Below are positions 1 through 13,119 of a DNA stretch of 64,000 nt, in pieces. The notes under the pieces were generated by a model. That model did no database searches and was not told the origin of the DNA. It was given only the letters and a program-made list of their open reading frames with translations. The stretch's first letter is position 1; every line of letters starts with the position of its first letter. Made by a program: the position numbers and the translations under genes. The DNA is from Lama guanicoe (lineage: Eukaryota), in the NCBI GenBank assembly GCA_013239625.1, contig MU054220.1, forward strand, positions 7,785,367 through 7,849,366, read 5' to 3'.

Positions 1-65
1 TGACGTTGCTCAAACGGAAAGACAGTGATTAAAACAAGGACTATAACCCGGGGAAGAGTAGTCAG

Positions 66-229
66 CAGTACTTCTCAAAATGTAATGTGCATACAAACCA
101 CCAGAGTAGCATGTTAAAATGCAGATTCTCACTCAGTACATTTGGGTTAGACACCAAAATCCTACATTTCTAACAAGTTCCTTGTAAAGCCAATGCTGTT
201 GGTCCCAGAACCACACTTTGAGTATCAAA
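66..229 (+). mobile_element. MER5A1-like hAT-Charlie MITE
   Basis: CAGTACTTCTCAAA...TGTTAAAATGCAGATTCT...CATTTCTAACAAG...CCACACTTTGAGTA follows the remembered MER5A1 consensus end to end. Confidence 0.85.
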
Positions 230-1128
230 CTTTTGCTTGTCTACGAAAGCACTTCGGTACAATTATAAGGCACCTAATAAGTGCAATAGAAATTTTCATG
301 GCTGAAAAGCTCTCACATTCATACACAAACACTTGCTCTTTCATACATACACCTACATTCATGTACTCCATCCAGATATATGACAAAACATGCAATAGGA
401 TTGGGAAAATAACTAAAATACCATTTCCAACCACCCAGAGAATTAAAATGGGCAATTTACATCAGAATAAAAACTGAATTCTTTGGGATATGCACAGGTT
501 TAATGGTTAAATTTCATTGCTGGTAAGCAACATGCATTGATATTTATTTATATTTTTTGATTACTCATATAAATATGCCTTTATTTCTGGAATTCTTTCA
601 TTTGGATGGTGGATTCACTACACTGGGTTTTAGAGGTGAACACACACTTACTGACCTGTTAAATAAACGGCTTCCTGACTAAAAACTTTATTATATAAAT
701 AGTTGCAGACCAGGTATGGGTTGCATGGCCAATGTCTGCAGAGAATTCTGCCTTCTTAACCACTTAGACATTTAAAATTTAAGTTTCCTTCTGTGTCTTA
801 GGATCTAGAAGAAAAAGAATCAAGCTGCGAGTAATACGGAGAAATTAAATGTGGTTTAAAGAAACTAAGGTCATCTATCGAAAAGATTGGGAAATGAGTT
901 ATACAAAACTAAAAAAATACCTTTTGACTGAGCCTTAAGACAAAGAACATTAATAGCTCAATTAAAGTACACGAAGAATTGTTTCAAGAAGCACCTAGGA
1001 TGCAACTTCTACCTGTGCACAAAGTGCAAAAGTAAGTGAAGTTAAGATAGATTTCACTTCACATTGAAGATTGCCTACTTACACGTGGAGGTCTTCAACA
1101 GAGAATCGGGCTATGCCAAGAGGCTTTG

Positions 1129-1700
1129 TGTGTTAGTCACGTTCTTTCCAGTTGCTGAGAATTAAACATGCTCAGGTTATCTCAGATAGAGGATTTTGCT
1201 GTCAAGATTCATGGAGACAGAGGAAAAGAATGTTGGAAAACTAGGATTCCTACAAGAAAAGTTCCCACAATCCAGTCATGGATTATGGTTGGGGAAGTAC
1301 CTCTAACAGCCAAACAGCGGGGATTCGAGCAGCTGCCATCCCAGAAGAATGACTCCGTGGAACCTTATTCTCCCTGTAACGTTATAACCATTTAGCTATT
1401 CTGTACCCCTGCTTCTGTTTTTGCAGCAGCCTTTGATGATCTGAACCATTGCATGCATACTTTATTTAACATATTGAGAGAAAGAGAAAGAAGGAAAGAG
1501 AGAGAGAGATAACTCATTGGTTTCGTTGGTCACTGATACCATCTAGGTCAAGCATCATTCTCCTGTCTGATCACCAATGAGGCCACTGGCCAGCTTATAA
1601 ATCAGCAACCCTTGAGGCAGACACACAACGTTAGTCAAACAAGCCAAGTCAAGGTCAAGAGCCCATATGGTCAGCTTTCCTCAGAAGAAATGTGGACATG
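1129..1700 (-). mobile_element. Old MaLR LTR (MLT1L/M/N-like), degraded
   Basis: Begins TGTGTTAGTCA (reverse of the MLT1 3' end); later CATTGG...GGCCAGC...CCCTTG...GTCAAA blocks typical of old MLT1; right end approximate. Confidence 0.5.
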
Positions 1701-2230
1701 GGAGGCGTTCAAAGCATGATACAAGTTCAGAAGACTCTCCTTTGAGATCTTCAAAAATAGGACTTCCAACAAGTTCCCTGGAGTAAACTGGACAGACTGC
1801 AAAGGGAAAAAGGAGTATAGCGCTATTTGAATCACTCTCAGCTCCAACTCAATGATTGTGAGAATGAAGTAAGTGGAAATCTACTGAAAGGTCCCACTGA
1901 AAGTTGTCTTTTCAATAACTATATGCGTTTACTTCTTTATTATAAAGAGATACATTATCTCCAGGGAACAGAATGAAGGATTTTATAACTGAAAATGACT
2001 TTTGAAGTTACCCAAGACAATCGATTACTTTTTAGATTAGCAAATTAAGGCCCAGAAAGTCTACTAAATATGCCTGTTGATAAATAAGAATTCATGGTAA
2101 AATCGGGTGTTTTTTATTTATTGTTTTTAAAAAAAGACTCTTTGAAACTTACTGTATAAAAGGAACTACAAGTAAAGTTGAACCTCTATTCTCAAGGGGG
2201 CACATAAAGATACGGGCTTTGTAAATACAT

Positions 2231-2434
2231 GTGGGTTAGAATTTTGGCTCTTCTGTTCATCAGCAGTGCCTTGGGAAAGTTGCTTATCTTCTCTAATTCT
2301 TGGTCTCCTTATCTGTACAGTAAGGATAATGGTACATACTTCATGGCTATTGAAAAGTTAAATTAAGTATCAACCAAAGTGCTTGGTACAGAGCCTGTGG
2401 CAGAGCAGGTATTTGCTCAATGTAAGTTATCATT
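2231..2434 (+). mobile_element. MIR SINE
   Basis: MIR core CCTTGGGAAAGTTGCTTATCTTCTCT...CTTATCTGTACAGTAAGGATAAT and tail AAAGTGCTTGGTACAGAGCCTG. Confidence 0.8.
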
Positions 2435-2825
2435 AGACTAGTTCACTGTGTACTCTCCCATATTTGCTTCAATGTTAAAAGTTTATGTAACTTTACTAGG
2501 GACAAAAAAGCTAACAAAAACAGCAGTGGTAATAATAATAGTAATATTAACAGTAATAATAATGTTTATATATTGACACATACATATATGTTTATATATT
2601 TTGTGAAAAAAAGGAGTAAAGAGATTGAATATAAACTAATTTCTGGTGCTTTGTTGATATGAATGATTTACACAGTTCTCAAAATGTACAGCTTATAAAG
2701 CAGACTACCTGAAGAGACTTAAGGATTGTAACCTGCAGAAAGGTCTCCCTAGCCCATGAAGAGGAGACAATGCCTAATACGAGAAGGGAAGGGAAATTTC
2801 CTAAATTCTTAAGAAATATTATGAT

Positions 2826-3065
2826 TTGGTAGTAAAGCAAAGACTGGTCCTTGCCCCGATTTAGATAGTCCATAGTCTTGCGTGAAAATCACACTTATTA
2901 GCTGTTTGAATCCCTGCAAGCTATCTAACTTTTTAAGCCTTAGTTGCCATATCTATGAGAATATTAAAAGTATATAACTCTTATAGATTTTTGATATTCT
3001 TACAAAATGTGTGTAAAAATGCCTGGTACAATATCTATCGCAAAAGAGGCATTCCACATATGTCA
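2826..3065 (+). mobile_element. MIR SINE, degraded
   Basis: ACTTATTAGCTGT...AAGCCTTAGTT...ATCT core and GTAAAAATGCCTGGTACAAT tail. Confidence 0.6.
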
Positions 3066-4130
3066 ATCAACTTGCCCTGTCCTGCCCTGAAGAAATGAAG
3101 GCTGTAAGGAATGCCCTTCTGAGTTCATTTGGCCAGCTGATCCAGGTCTTCAAGAGCTGGCCACGTCTTTATTTACAAATAACATTAAGATGTCCTGACA
3201 AGGCCAGATGCCCCTCCCTCTTAGCTGGGCTGTGTACATAATAAAGTGTGTTTCAGCCAACTAGAAAAGTATTTTCCCTCAACGGGAAAATGAGTTGTCT
3301 GCATTGTCTGGTTTCTTATATGATGACAGCTTTCAATGACAAATTTTATCCTCTTTTCAAATGTCAGTAAAATCATGGATAGAAAAAAAAAATAAAACCT
3401 GGGGAAAGCCCAAAACTTTAGAGGAGGAAATCTGGTCAAATGAAATTGTTACAGATTTAAAGATTAAAAAGGGCAATTACAAGGGTGGAGAATATACCGA
3501 GGTGAACGCCATGTAAGTTGTGTCGCCCTGTCTGAGGTTTTCAGAAATGCAAATTACTGTCTCTGGTTTATCACCTACTGAAGGGATGTTAACTAGCGTA
3601 TCCTATCTTGAGTGGAGATTTAAACTACTCTTACAAGGGGATATTTTTTAAAAACTTCATATTCTCAATGAAAAAATAAAAATTACATCATTGTTATTTC
3701 AAAGGCATATAAACAACAAATTTGTAAATATAATTTCTAAGAAGTTTTAGCTTTCCGAATTCTCTATTAAAATCATTTATTGTCTCCTCCCAAGTGATTA
3801 TCAATAGAAACTTTGAAATAAATAAATAAGTAAGTAAATAAATAAGAGCAAAAACATATTACTGCTTACTTTAGAGACAGAGAAATAGCAATTAAGTAAT
3901 CCATCTGATTTCTCAGGGGTTAAAAATGTAGATAAACTATTAGAACTTGTGAAACAGGGAATATGAAAATCACCAGACCAGAGTTGTTTTCTGACTGTTG
4001 AGTTTTCAGAGTTATTTGCACATTTTTTCATAAAATTTTTTTATTTTATATATATATGGCAAATATTTTCTTGCATTTGGGGTTTCTTTTTTCATTCTCT
4101 CAATGGGTCCTCTGAAGAGCAGACTTTCTT

Positions 4131-4851
4131 TTCTTAATTAATAGACTTTATTTTTTAGAGCTCTTTACATATTGTTTACACACTGAGCAGTAATTACAGA
4201 AAGTTTACGTATTTCCTTCTTTCCTCTATACACAGTTTCTCTTATTATTAACATTTCACATTAGTGTGGTACATTGGTTATAATTGATGAGCCAATACTG
4301 GTACATTACAGTGTCCCTTAGCATCCACAGGGGACTGGTTTCAGGATGTGCTGTGGATACCCAAATCCACAGGTGTTCAAGTCCCATAGCCAGTCCTCGG
4401 TATCTATCTGTGGATGTGGAACCCAGGGACATGAAGATTGACTGTTGCATTAAAGCCCATAGTTTACATTACCGCTCAGTCTTTGTGTTGCTGAGATCGG
4501 TTGGTTTTGACAAACACACAGGTCATGTACCCAACATTACGGTATCATACAGAAGTTTTACTACCTAATAATCCTCTGTGATCCATCCATTCATCCCTCT
4601 GCCCTTTTCCATGAACTCTGAACTCCTGGCAACTATTGATATTTTTACTGTCTCTATAGTTTTGCTGTTTACAGAATGTTATGTAGTCAGAATCTTACAG
4701 TATGCAGCCTTTTCAGACTGACTTCATTCACTAACCTTTGTACATTTAAGATTGTTTCATGTCTTTTCATGGCTTGATAGCTCATTTATTTTAATCATTG
4801 AATGATACTCCATTATAAGGCTACATCACATTTATTCATCTATTAAAAGGA
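4131..4851 (-). mobile_element. L1MC1/L1MC2-like 3' end
   Basis: TAATAGACTTTATTTTTTAGAGC...CATTAGTGTGGTACATT...CATGGCTTGATAGCTCATTT matches the remembered L1MC1 3' UTR; flanked by a degenerate TSD with core AGAGCAGA (4116-4123, 4854-4861). Confidence 0.85.
4309..4444 (+). mobile_element. MER2/MER8-like TcMar-Tigger MITE inserted in the L1MC 3' end
   Basis: TA|CAGTGTCCCTTAGCATCC...GGATACCCAAATCCAC...TCAAGTCCC...GTGGATGTGGAACCC...GACTG; the host L1 resumes on the right. Confidence 0.8.
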
Positions 4852-5253
4852 GTAGAGCAGATTATTTTTATTTTAATAAAATTCACCTTTATTTGCTAAT
4901 ATACTTTTAAGGTTTTATTCCATCTATGTTCAGGAAGGATATTACTTATCTTGTAATGTCCTTATCAATTTTGGCTTTAGGGTGATGGTGGCCTCATAGA
5001 ATGAGGTAGAAAATATTCATTCTGCTTCCATTTTGAGGAAGATATTGTAGAAAGTTACTGTCAGTTCTCTTTTAAATGTTTTGTAGAATTTACAAATGAA
5101 ATTATCTGGACATGGTGCTTTCTTATTTGGAAGATTCTAATTTTTTTTTTGAAAACTCCCAATGATTATTGATTCAATTCCTTAATAGACACAAGTCTTT
5201 TCAGATACTCGGTTTTTCCTTGTGTGAGTTTTCATAGTTCGTGCCTCTCAATG

Positions 5254-5624
5254 TGTATTAGATCCTTTAGGTTGCCAAAGCGAATCACCACAAACTGAGG
5301 GGCTTACAATAACAGAAATTTATTCTCTTACAATCAGATCCAAAAATAATACGTTGGCAGAGCTATGCTCCCTGCAACGCCTCTGAGAGAACTCCCTCCT
5401 TTCCTTTTCTGACTTCTTGTAGCTCCAGACGTCCCTTGACTTAAGGTTGCATAACCCCAATCTCTGCCTTTGTCTTCACAGGACAGTCATTCCTCTCTGT
5501 ATGCCTTTGTCTCTTGTCTAAGGAGAGCACTCATGTTGGATAAAGACCCACCCTAATGACCTCAGTTTAACTTGACTCCATCTGTGAAGACCCTATTTCC
5601 AAATTATGTCATTCACAGGTACTG
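5254..5624 (-). mobile_element. MLT1C/MLT1B-like MaLR LTR
   Basis: TGTATTAG...CCACAAACTG..GGCTTA..ATAACAGAAATTTATTCTCT...GACCCTATTTCCAAAT...TTCACAGGTAC. Confidence 0.85.
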
Positions 5625-6039
5625 CTTGCTTTATCAATTAATGAGAGGGATATAGAGGTCTCTATATAATAGTGAATTTACTTAATTCTCCTTGTAGTTC
5701 TATCAGTTTTTGCCCCATATTGTTTTATGCTTTGTTTTTAAGGATTTTTTTTAAAGGTAATATCTTCTGGGAGAATTGACCTATTTATCATTGTGTAACG
5801 TCATGTTTATTTCCTTGTTGGAAGGACAAATTTGATGACTTCCAACTTCTTTACCTAGTTAAGCTGAAACCAGATGTCTCAGTACATTTTTACTAAAAAA
5901 AATTCTGATGAAGAGAATTGATGTAATATAATCAGTATGGAATAAAGACAACATGAGAAAATGTGGACTTGACTAGCAAGTGTACTCCCTCTGACTCATC
6001 ATCCAAGAGTTAAGTGAAGTGAATGGTGTTTTTAGAGAG

Positions 6040-6215
6040 AGGGATGCTGTGGTCAAATAAGTCATGGAAATGTTGAATTTCTTGTCTCTCATTTCAAGAT
6101 TCATGGTATGTATATTCATCTTAAAGAGTTTGAAAAAATATATTTATTTATCCTGAAAAATCTTTATTATTATTTATTTTTTCTACAGAGTATGCCATAG
6201 AACAACGTAGCCTGG
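6040..6215. mobile_element. MER103C-like hAT-Charlie fragment
   Basis: CTGTGGTCAAATAAGT..GGAAATG...AGATTCA...TTAAAG resembles remembered MER103C. Confidence 0.5.
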
Positions 6216-6434
6216 GAACTTCTCACCTCTTCTCTGGTGATCACTTTTCCTATCTATAAAAGGTGGAACCAACAATAACATTTACATATATTATTCATAA
6301 AATTATTGGTATTGAAACTAAGGACAGAAGTGTCCAGCTTCTACAATGAAGAAAAAACCTAAAATCATATTATCATAACTCTTGCTATTAATCTAAAATC
6401 TTCTAAAACCTATTTATATATGTTGGGTTTACCT

Positions 6435-6695
6435 GCCCTAATGTGACAGCTACATCTGAGCACTTGACTGTGATTAGTGCAAATTGAAATGTACTTGGTT
6501 CACAAAGTTTCTCAGGGGAAATATCTCAATAATTTTTATATTGTTTACATGTTGAAATTATAATATTTTGGAAAAGCTTAGTTAAATATATAATTAACTT
6601 CATTTGTTTTCCTTTTCCTTTTTAAAAAAAATTACTTTCAGAAAATTTTAAATTACATGTTTTAGCATTACAGTCCCAATGGAGAGCACGGGTCT
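6435..6695 (+). mobile_element. MER33-like hAT-Charlie element
   Basis: TGAGCACTTGA...AATATCTCAATAATTTTTATATTG.TTACATGTTGAAAT.ATAATATTTTGGA...GAAAATTTTAAATTACAT. Confidence 0.75.
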
Positions 6696-7720
6696 GTACA
6701 AACGCTTGGTTTTAATGTCTTAAGTCAGCAAGTCTGGAGAATTTGAAAAACAACAGTCAAAAGTTGTTGGTGGACTGAGCTTTTATAAGAGGTTATCAAA
6801 TAAATGTGTATGAACATTAGAGCAAGTTCCTGAAATAGAGTCAGAAAAAATGGTAATTGGAGAGAAGGTGGTCATTGAATGAGCTGTTGGATGATTTAAC
6901 TTTTTAAAATCTGAAGGCTTGAAAAAATTATGATAGAAATTTAATATAATCAGGAAGTAAGCCAGGATGTAAAATGCTTCATAAATATGGGGAGAGAGAC
7001 AACATCAGCAAATGACAGTAAAAAATAGGACAACGTGGGTTTTCACACACATGCGTGCCATGTCTGTTCAGAAGGAGGAGAGGGACATCCTTCTACGGGT
7101 TGGGAAAAGGTTCTAGAAGTGAAGTTTTTATAACAGAGGGGGAATAATGTTTTGAAAGTGATGCAAACCCAATCTTCCAGCTCTGAGGTACGGAGTCGAG
7201 GAAACACAAACCAGCCTCATCTTGAGAGAGATTAGGAATAGTAGCATCTTTACAGACGAGGTATATTTCAGTAACGGAAAGGGGGTAAAAAGGGCACAAA
7301 TTCTCAGAAAATATTAATAGAATTGCTCTCCTTTGTAGACAGTCACAAAGTCTTGGTAGAAGGACTTAAGATGGTAGGGGAGTAGATCTGAGTAGAAAGT
7401 GTATAGAATAATATAAAGATAAGCAGCCGAGTTTAATAACAGAGCCAATTTGACTTCCGGCCATGACTGAGATAAACAGGAACGTGAGAATGGGGTTAGT
7501 CCAGGGAGTCTCTGTGCAGAAAGTGCACCGCAAAACCTTATGCTATGGTTCAGTAAGCTTTCTTAGCGCTGTGATATGCTATGAGACAGTATACCTCAAG
7601 ACTGTAGGTCTTAAGAAGGCAGCTCCTGGAGTTTTAGTATCATATGAAAGCAGTAACTGACACGTGGTAGTATCTACACATTTACTAGGCAGCATTTTGG
7701 CTTCTCAAGGAGGAAATATT

Positions 7721-7965
7721 GCTTAGTGTTTACAAGTTTAAGTTGCAGACTCAGACATAACTGGCTTCAGGCCACGGTTTGTTCTATTTTTGTTTTAGTT
7801 ACCAGCTCTTCAGCCTTGAGCAAGTTACTTGAACTCTCCAAGTCTCAGTTTTTTCCTTTATAAAATGGAGATACTAATAGTATGACTTTCACACAATTTC
7901 TGTGAAGATTAAACAAGCTAATTTATGAAGATCAGCACTTAACAAAGTGTCTGGCACTTTGCAAG
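7721..7965 (+). mobile_element. MIR SINE
   Basis: CCTTGAGCAAGTTACTTGAACTCTCCAAGTCTCAGTTT...TAAAATGGAGATA...GTGAAGATTAAA...AGCACTTAAC...GTCTGGCAC. Confidence 0.85.
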
Positions 7966-8991
7966 AAAACAGTAGTACTAGCACTGTTATGACTGTCTCT
8001 TTAAACTCAAAAGAGCAAATTCTGAACTATCTTACCCATTTTCAATATTTGTCATTCCAGACTTGAAAAATGCATTCATTTTTCTTTTTTTTTTTTCTTA
8101 TTAAGAAGGAATGTTAAGAGAAAGTAATTTAGTCTCTCCATTGGCCCCCAGGAGGTCTAAACTTAATATGAGTCTTTGTGCAACAGAAAAATTATTCATT
8201 CTGACCTGTTTCTTATCATCTTTCCCACAATTTCCCTGACTGCATCTTCCTATTACTTTGAAAACTGTGTGAAGACATATGAATTTTTCTTCATTATCAT
8301 ATATTTTAGCTGAAAGTAAATTCAGGATAATCTGTATACCAGAAATGACTTGAGAGTTACAGAAATGAACAAAATCCTTTGGAGACTCAATCATAAACCA
8401 GATGTTTAGAGGGAGAAAAATATGTCTAATGAGACCCAACGGTCTGCTGCTTTAAACTGGCCGACACTTAAACTGGTTATTAAATCAGTTATAAGTTTCT
8501 TTGTTAAAAAAAAATCAATGATCTATGTCAATTTTCTATAGTCTAAATTTGCTATTAATGTGCATGGTTAATGCTATTTAAATAGGTTACTTCTCTCTAG
8601 CTTATGACTGATTTATTTGAGCATAGAATACTATAATAAAACACCTTTTGTTATAGCTTGGGTTTTTATTTGATTTCAATTCAAGTTTGAGTGATTTAAC
8701 ACTACTGTCAACACTAGTAAAGTTGTTTTGGTGTCTGGTTTTCTTTCTTAATATGCCCTGTTCCCAGATCACAAAATACTTAAAACTTTTGCTCTGTCTT
8801 TTATGTCCCTTAAAAACCTGACAGCAATGTTAGCAGTCTGTTGTATATTAATTATTGTGTACTTGCTGGGATATAAAACAACATCTTTTTAACTTTCAAG
8901 CAGTGAATTTTCTAATATCAAAATGCAAAATATATTTGAAAAGCAATTTTAGATCCAAAATTATTCCTGAAAACACAATAGAAGTGAAGTA

Positions 8992-9672
8992 CAGGTAGAC
9001 CTCATTTTATTGAACTTAGCTTTATTGCACTTCACAGACAGTATGTTTTGGGGGGGTTTTGTTGGCTTTTATTTTTATTACTATTACAAGTTGAAGTTTT
9101 GTGGCAATGCTGCATCAAGCAAGTCTATGGGCACCATTTTTCCAACAGCATTTGCTCTCTTCCTGTCTCCCTGCCAATTTCTGGTAATTCTCAAAATATT
9201 TCAAAATTTTTCATTATTAATATAGTTGTTAGGATGCTCTATGAACAGTAATCTTAGATGTTACTATTGTATTAATTGTTTTGGGGCACCACAAACCAGG
9301 CCTGTATAAGGGTGACAAACTTAATGGATAAATGTGTGTATTCCAACTGCTCCCCTGGCTGGCCATTCCCCCATCTCTCCCCTCTCCTAAGGCCTTCCTG
9401 CTCCCTGAGACCCTTCACCAGCAAAAGTATTATGACTTGCTGAAGGCTCAGATGATGGTTAGCATTTTTTAACTATAAATCATTTTTAAATTAAGGTATA
9501 TTTTGGGGGGAGGACATTATACTATTGCACACTTAATAGACTGCAGTATAGTGTAAACATTTTTATACACACTGGGGAACCAGATAAAAGTGTGTGATTG
9601 GCTTTCTTGACATATTCACTTTATTTGGGTGGTCTGGAAATCGAACTTGTGATTATCTCTGACGTGTGCCTG
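8992..9672 (+). mobile_element. Tigger1 internal-deletion derivative
   Basis: TA TSDs at 8990-8991 and 9673-9674; TIR-like ends CAGGTAGACCTC / GACGTGTGCCTG; Tigger1 left arm joined to the right arm near 9410. Confidence 0.9.
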
Positions 9673-10609
9673 TAAATGGTCTAAAACTACAACAGTTCAG
9701 TTCTAGTTTAATTTTTTATTTCCATTTCAGATGATGCTCTTTTTGCAGTTCTGTTGGAGATTAAGAGCCTTTTTATTCCTCTTTTTTTTATTCTCAGAAG
9801 TGTAGTGTTTTCCATAAAGCTGTTCACTAAATTAATTCAAATAACTTAATAGATATGAGCTTGGCAGCTAAGATAGCCTGGGGTAAGCACAAAACCTGCG
9901 GCTGAAAGCACATTGCTTTTTGCTCATTAGCAGCGAGGTAATCTTGAATAATGTACAAAACTTGCTTTGAACTCAGATTTTTGCCCATGTATTTGTTAAT
10001 CTACCAGATGGGGTAACGGATCACATTTCAAAGAGTTCTTGTAGAGAGAGAAATTAAGTCAAACATGACACTGGTAAGAAACAGATGCCCAGTAAACTGC
10101 ACTGCTTTTTTTCCTTACCTCTTTTATCCTGTGAACTGTCTACTTTAAATTCTCTTGATCCTATGATGTGCTTATGTCAGATTTCGTTCTCTTGACAGAT
10201 GTCAATAGAATATTGAGTAAAATAATAATTATTTGTTTACATAAAAGTAGAATTTATAATGCATGATAACCATAATCAAGAACCTGTACTGATAACCAAA
10301 ATATTTAGCGATTGCTTACTCTGTATTGATATGACTTATTCTCATAAAATTTAGTCTAACAGATAAAATCCAACTGGGTTAATAATGATTGGGCATTAAC
10401 TACCTGTAAATCGCCTAAGTTAGACCATGTGAGGGATTTTGAGATAAGTGATTCATAGTTCCCCAGGGAGCTTATTATATAAGCATCAAATGGAACAAGA
10501 ATCAAATACATCTATCACCAAAAAATATCAATCCTCAGAAGATAAAAGTGTAAGAAAATAAAAACAGTGACAAGAAGTGGAGCTTTTGTAAATTTTTACC
10601 TGCTAATAA

Positions 10610-10795
10610 AAACTGAGCACCAGCTATAAATCAGATTCTGTAGTAAGTTCTTTCAACATCTTAATTCTAACTTTTACATTACTAAGGAAGCATAGTTATT
10701 GCTATCTGTATTTTGTAAGTAGGGGAACAGATTCAGAAAGATAGGTCACCAACAGCTAGAATGCATTTCAAATCCGTGTTCACCTGGTTCAGATT
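10610..10795 (-). mobile_element. MIR SINE, degraded
   Basis: Antisense core ATTTTGTAAGTAGGGGAACAGATTCAGA...GGTCAC...CAGCTAG...TTTCAAATCC. Confidence 0.55.
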
Positions 10796-10994
10796 GACAT
10801 TGTTTATTTGCACTGCAATCTACTAGAGTTGTGAGTGAGGTTCATGAAAGATGTCGGTTCTACATGGATGAACTATGAAGGTTAAGCATGCCAGTGCGCA
10901 GAAATCTGAAGGCAGTTGAGTATACAGTAACATTTTAGGTATGAACCAGCAAAGGAAACAAAACTGATGTATCCAAAGCCGTAAAACCTAAGGC

Positions 10995-12710
10995 AGCAGC
11001 TTTCCCTTTGTACCACTGAAGCCCTGGAGAGAGAATATCTGCATCTGTATCCCACCTGCATCTACAACTCTACCCATATCTACATCTACAGCTGTATTTA
11101 TTTGAGTAAAATACAAAAACATACCTAATAGATTATGACATATTTATTCTGTAGCGTTTATTTTCTTGCATTTGTTTTACCAAAATTCTTAACTGTTACT
11201 ATAATTAACATTGTTCATATTAATTTATATTCTATGGGTAGCAATGCAAAATTAAGACAGCCATTCTTGACTTTTTTAAACTTTATTTTTTAAAAATAAT
11301 CTCAATGTAGAGAAATTTGTTAACTGAAATTGTCTTACACACAATAGATTTAAAAATAAATAATTAACTGTATATAATGTTTAAATGTTATAATTATATA
11401 TAATAAATGTCATTGTGGAAATCATTGTAAAATATTTAAGTTTATCATATAAATTGCTATTGCTAATATATTGCAGTGTTCACCAAAATTCTTAAAGCAT
11501 TATTCAGAGCCTTACAGTATTTTAAAAGTTATCTGTCCCTCCAAATTTTAATACTGACATATTATGCAAAATAAAAATAAAAGTTATTTAATATGTTCAA
11601 ATCTCTCTTTGATTGAGATCATACCATGACATATAATGCCCAGAAAATGGTTTCAATGGAAATTAATTTCAGAATTTTTTTTGTGTGTATGTGAATCTTT
11701 TTCAAATTTGTGCAAATGTTTTTGTTTCATTGCTCAGACTTTCATATATTTTACTGAAGTATTTTTTGTTGTTGTTGCATATTTCATTTGCATTTTTGTT
11801 TGATTTGGAAACTATTTTTTTCTTAAATATTGGTAAATCCCTTTAAATGTGATGTACTCAAACTTGCATCTATTTCAATTGTTTGTTAAGCATTTGCCAG
11901 CCTCTTTAATAGCAATAAAACAGTCCTATGGATAAAGGAAATTCAAAATTTCCTGTTTTGTGCTAACCAAGCTTTGCACTTTATTTGGAGAATCTTTGGT
12001 TGTTTTGTTGCACTCTTCTGATACAGCTTATATTTTCTCTAAATTCAATCTAACTGCTTTAAAAAAAAATTTAGTCAGCATTCCCGTCATGTCATATTTG
12101 CAATGTGTTTCATCAATATGTTCCATCTTTAGAGAGATCCAGAAAAATCTCATACATAATTGTTGAATTATCCCAAAGGATGTCATCATTTACTGGCACA
12201 GTTGATGTTCTGTCTTCAGTAAAATATTCAAATTGTGGGCCATTCATAACCAAAGAGTTACTCTGGATTTTGGCCAAAATTCCTTCTTGTACACGTTTTT
12301 CATTACCAATCGTGTTACCACCATTATTATACGTTTGCCCCCAATAATCTATTAAATTATTTAAAGACTAAAATGTTTTTATTTATTTTCTAAATGTAAT
12401 TAAATATTGTTAAATATTTTAATATAAAATAATTGCAATGCTAGTATTCAGTGCTAATGTAGGGAAAGAATGGAATCACAGTTCTCATATATTATGTCTA
12501 GACATACTTACACACACATATACACTCATGTAACATGTCTAGACATACACACACAAATTTAAGAGCAATATGTTTAATATGTTTAATATGGCAAAATATT
12601 CTTCAGGCACCACATGAAGGTGGCGGTAATTCTCATAACTGTATAACCATGAATTAGAACCTCGAAAAGAAGAAACAGTGTGAGTGCTTGGTCATGTTGG
12701 GAAATGTTAC
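10995..12710. mobile_element. Possible ancient hAT-Charlie-type DNA transposon relic
   Basis: Very AT-rich block bounded by hAT-TIR-like CAGCAGCTTTCCC at the left and TTGGGAAATGT at the right; no intact transposase ORF; tentative. Confidence 0.3.
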
Positions 12711-13119
12711 ATTACTTGAAATAAACTATTGTATTCATCGACCTCTGCTGACAGGTTAATCAATCTGGTTTTGACCTAAAAGCTTCTTCTATTCAAATCC
12801 ACACATTTCAAAGCATCTCTTTAGGATATGAATAATCTGTAACTTGTGAAACCTTTGAAAGTCCAGGGCTTCCCTGTTCAATATCTGTTTCAATTTCTAC
12901 CATGTTTAAAACTGTAAACGAGATGGACGAATGAAAAACGTGGATCTGTGTATGATTAATAATTTTTTGGAGAGTGACAGTTTGACGTGAGACTCAGGCT
13001 GTCTCCAACCCAACACAACCCTGTGGTGAGCAGATTCCAGCAGACTAGGGTTCTATCTGGATTTCAATTTCAAGCCCTCTGCTACCTAGCCAAGAGGATC
13101 ACGCTGCTGTAACTTCAGT

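Larger units (their letters stand above)
4050..5815 (-). mobile_element. Old L1M ORF2-region fragments hosting nested insertions
   Basis: Antisense L1 blocks at about 4050-4130, 4852-5250 (e.g. GGCCTCATAGAATGAG, TTAAATGTTTTGTAGAATT) and 5630-5815. Confidence 0.7.
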
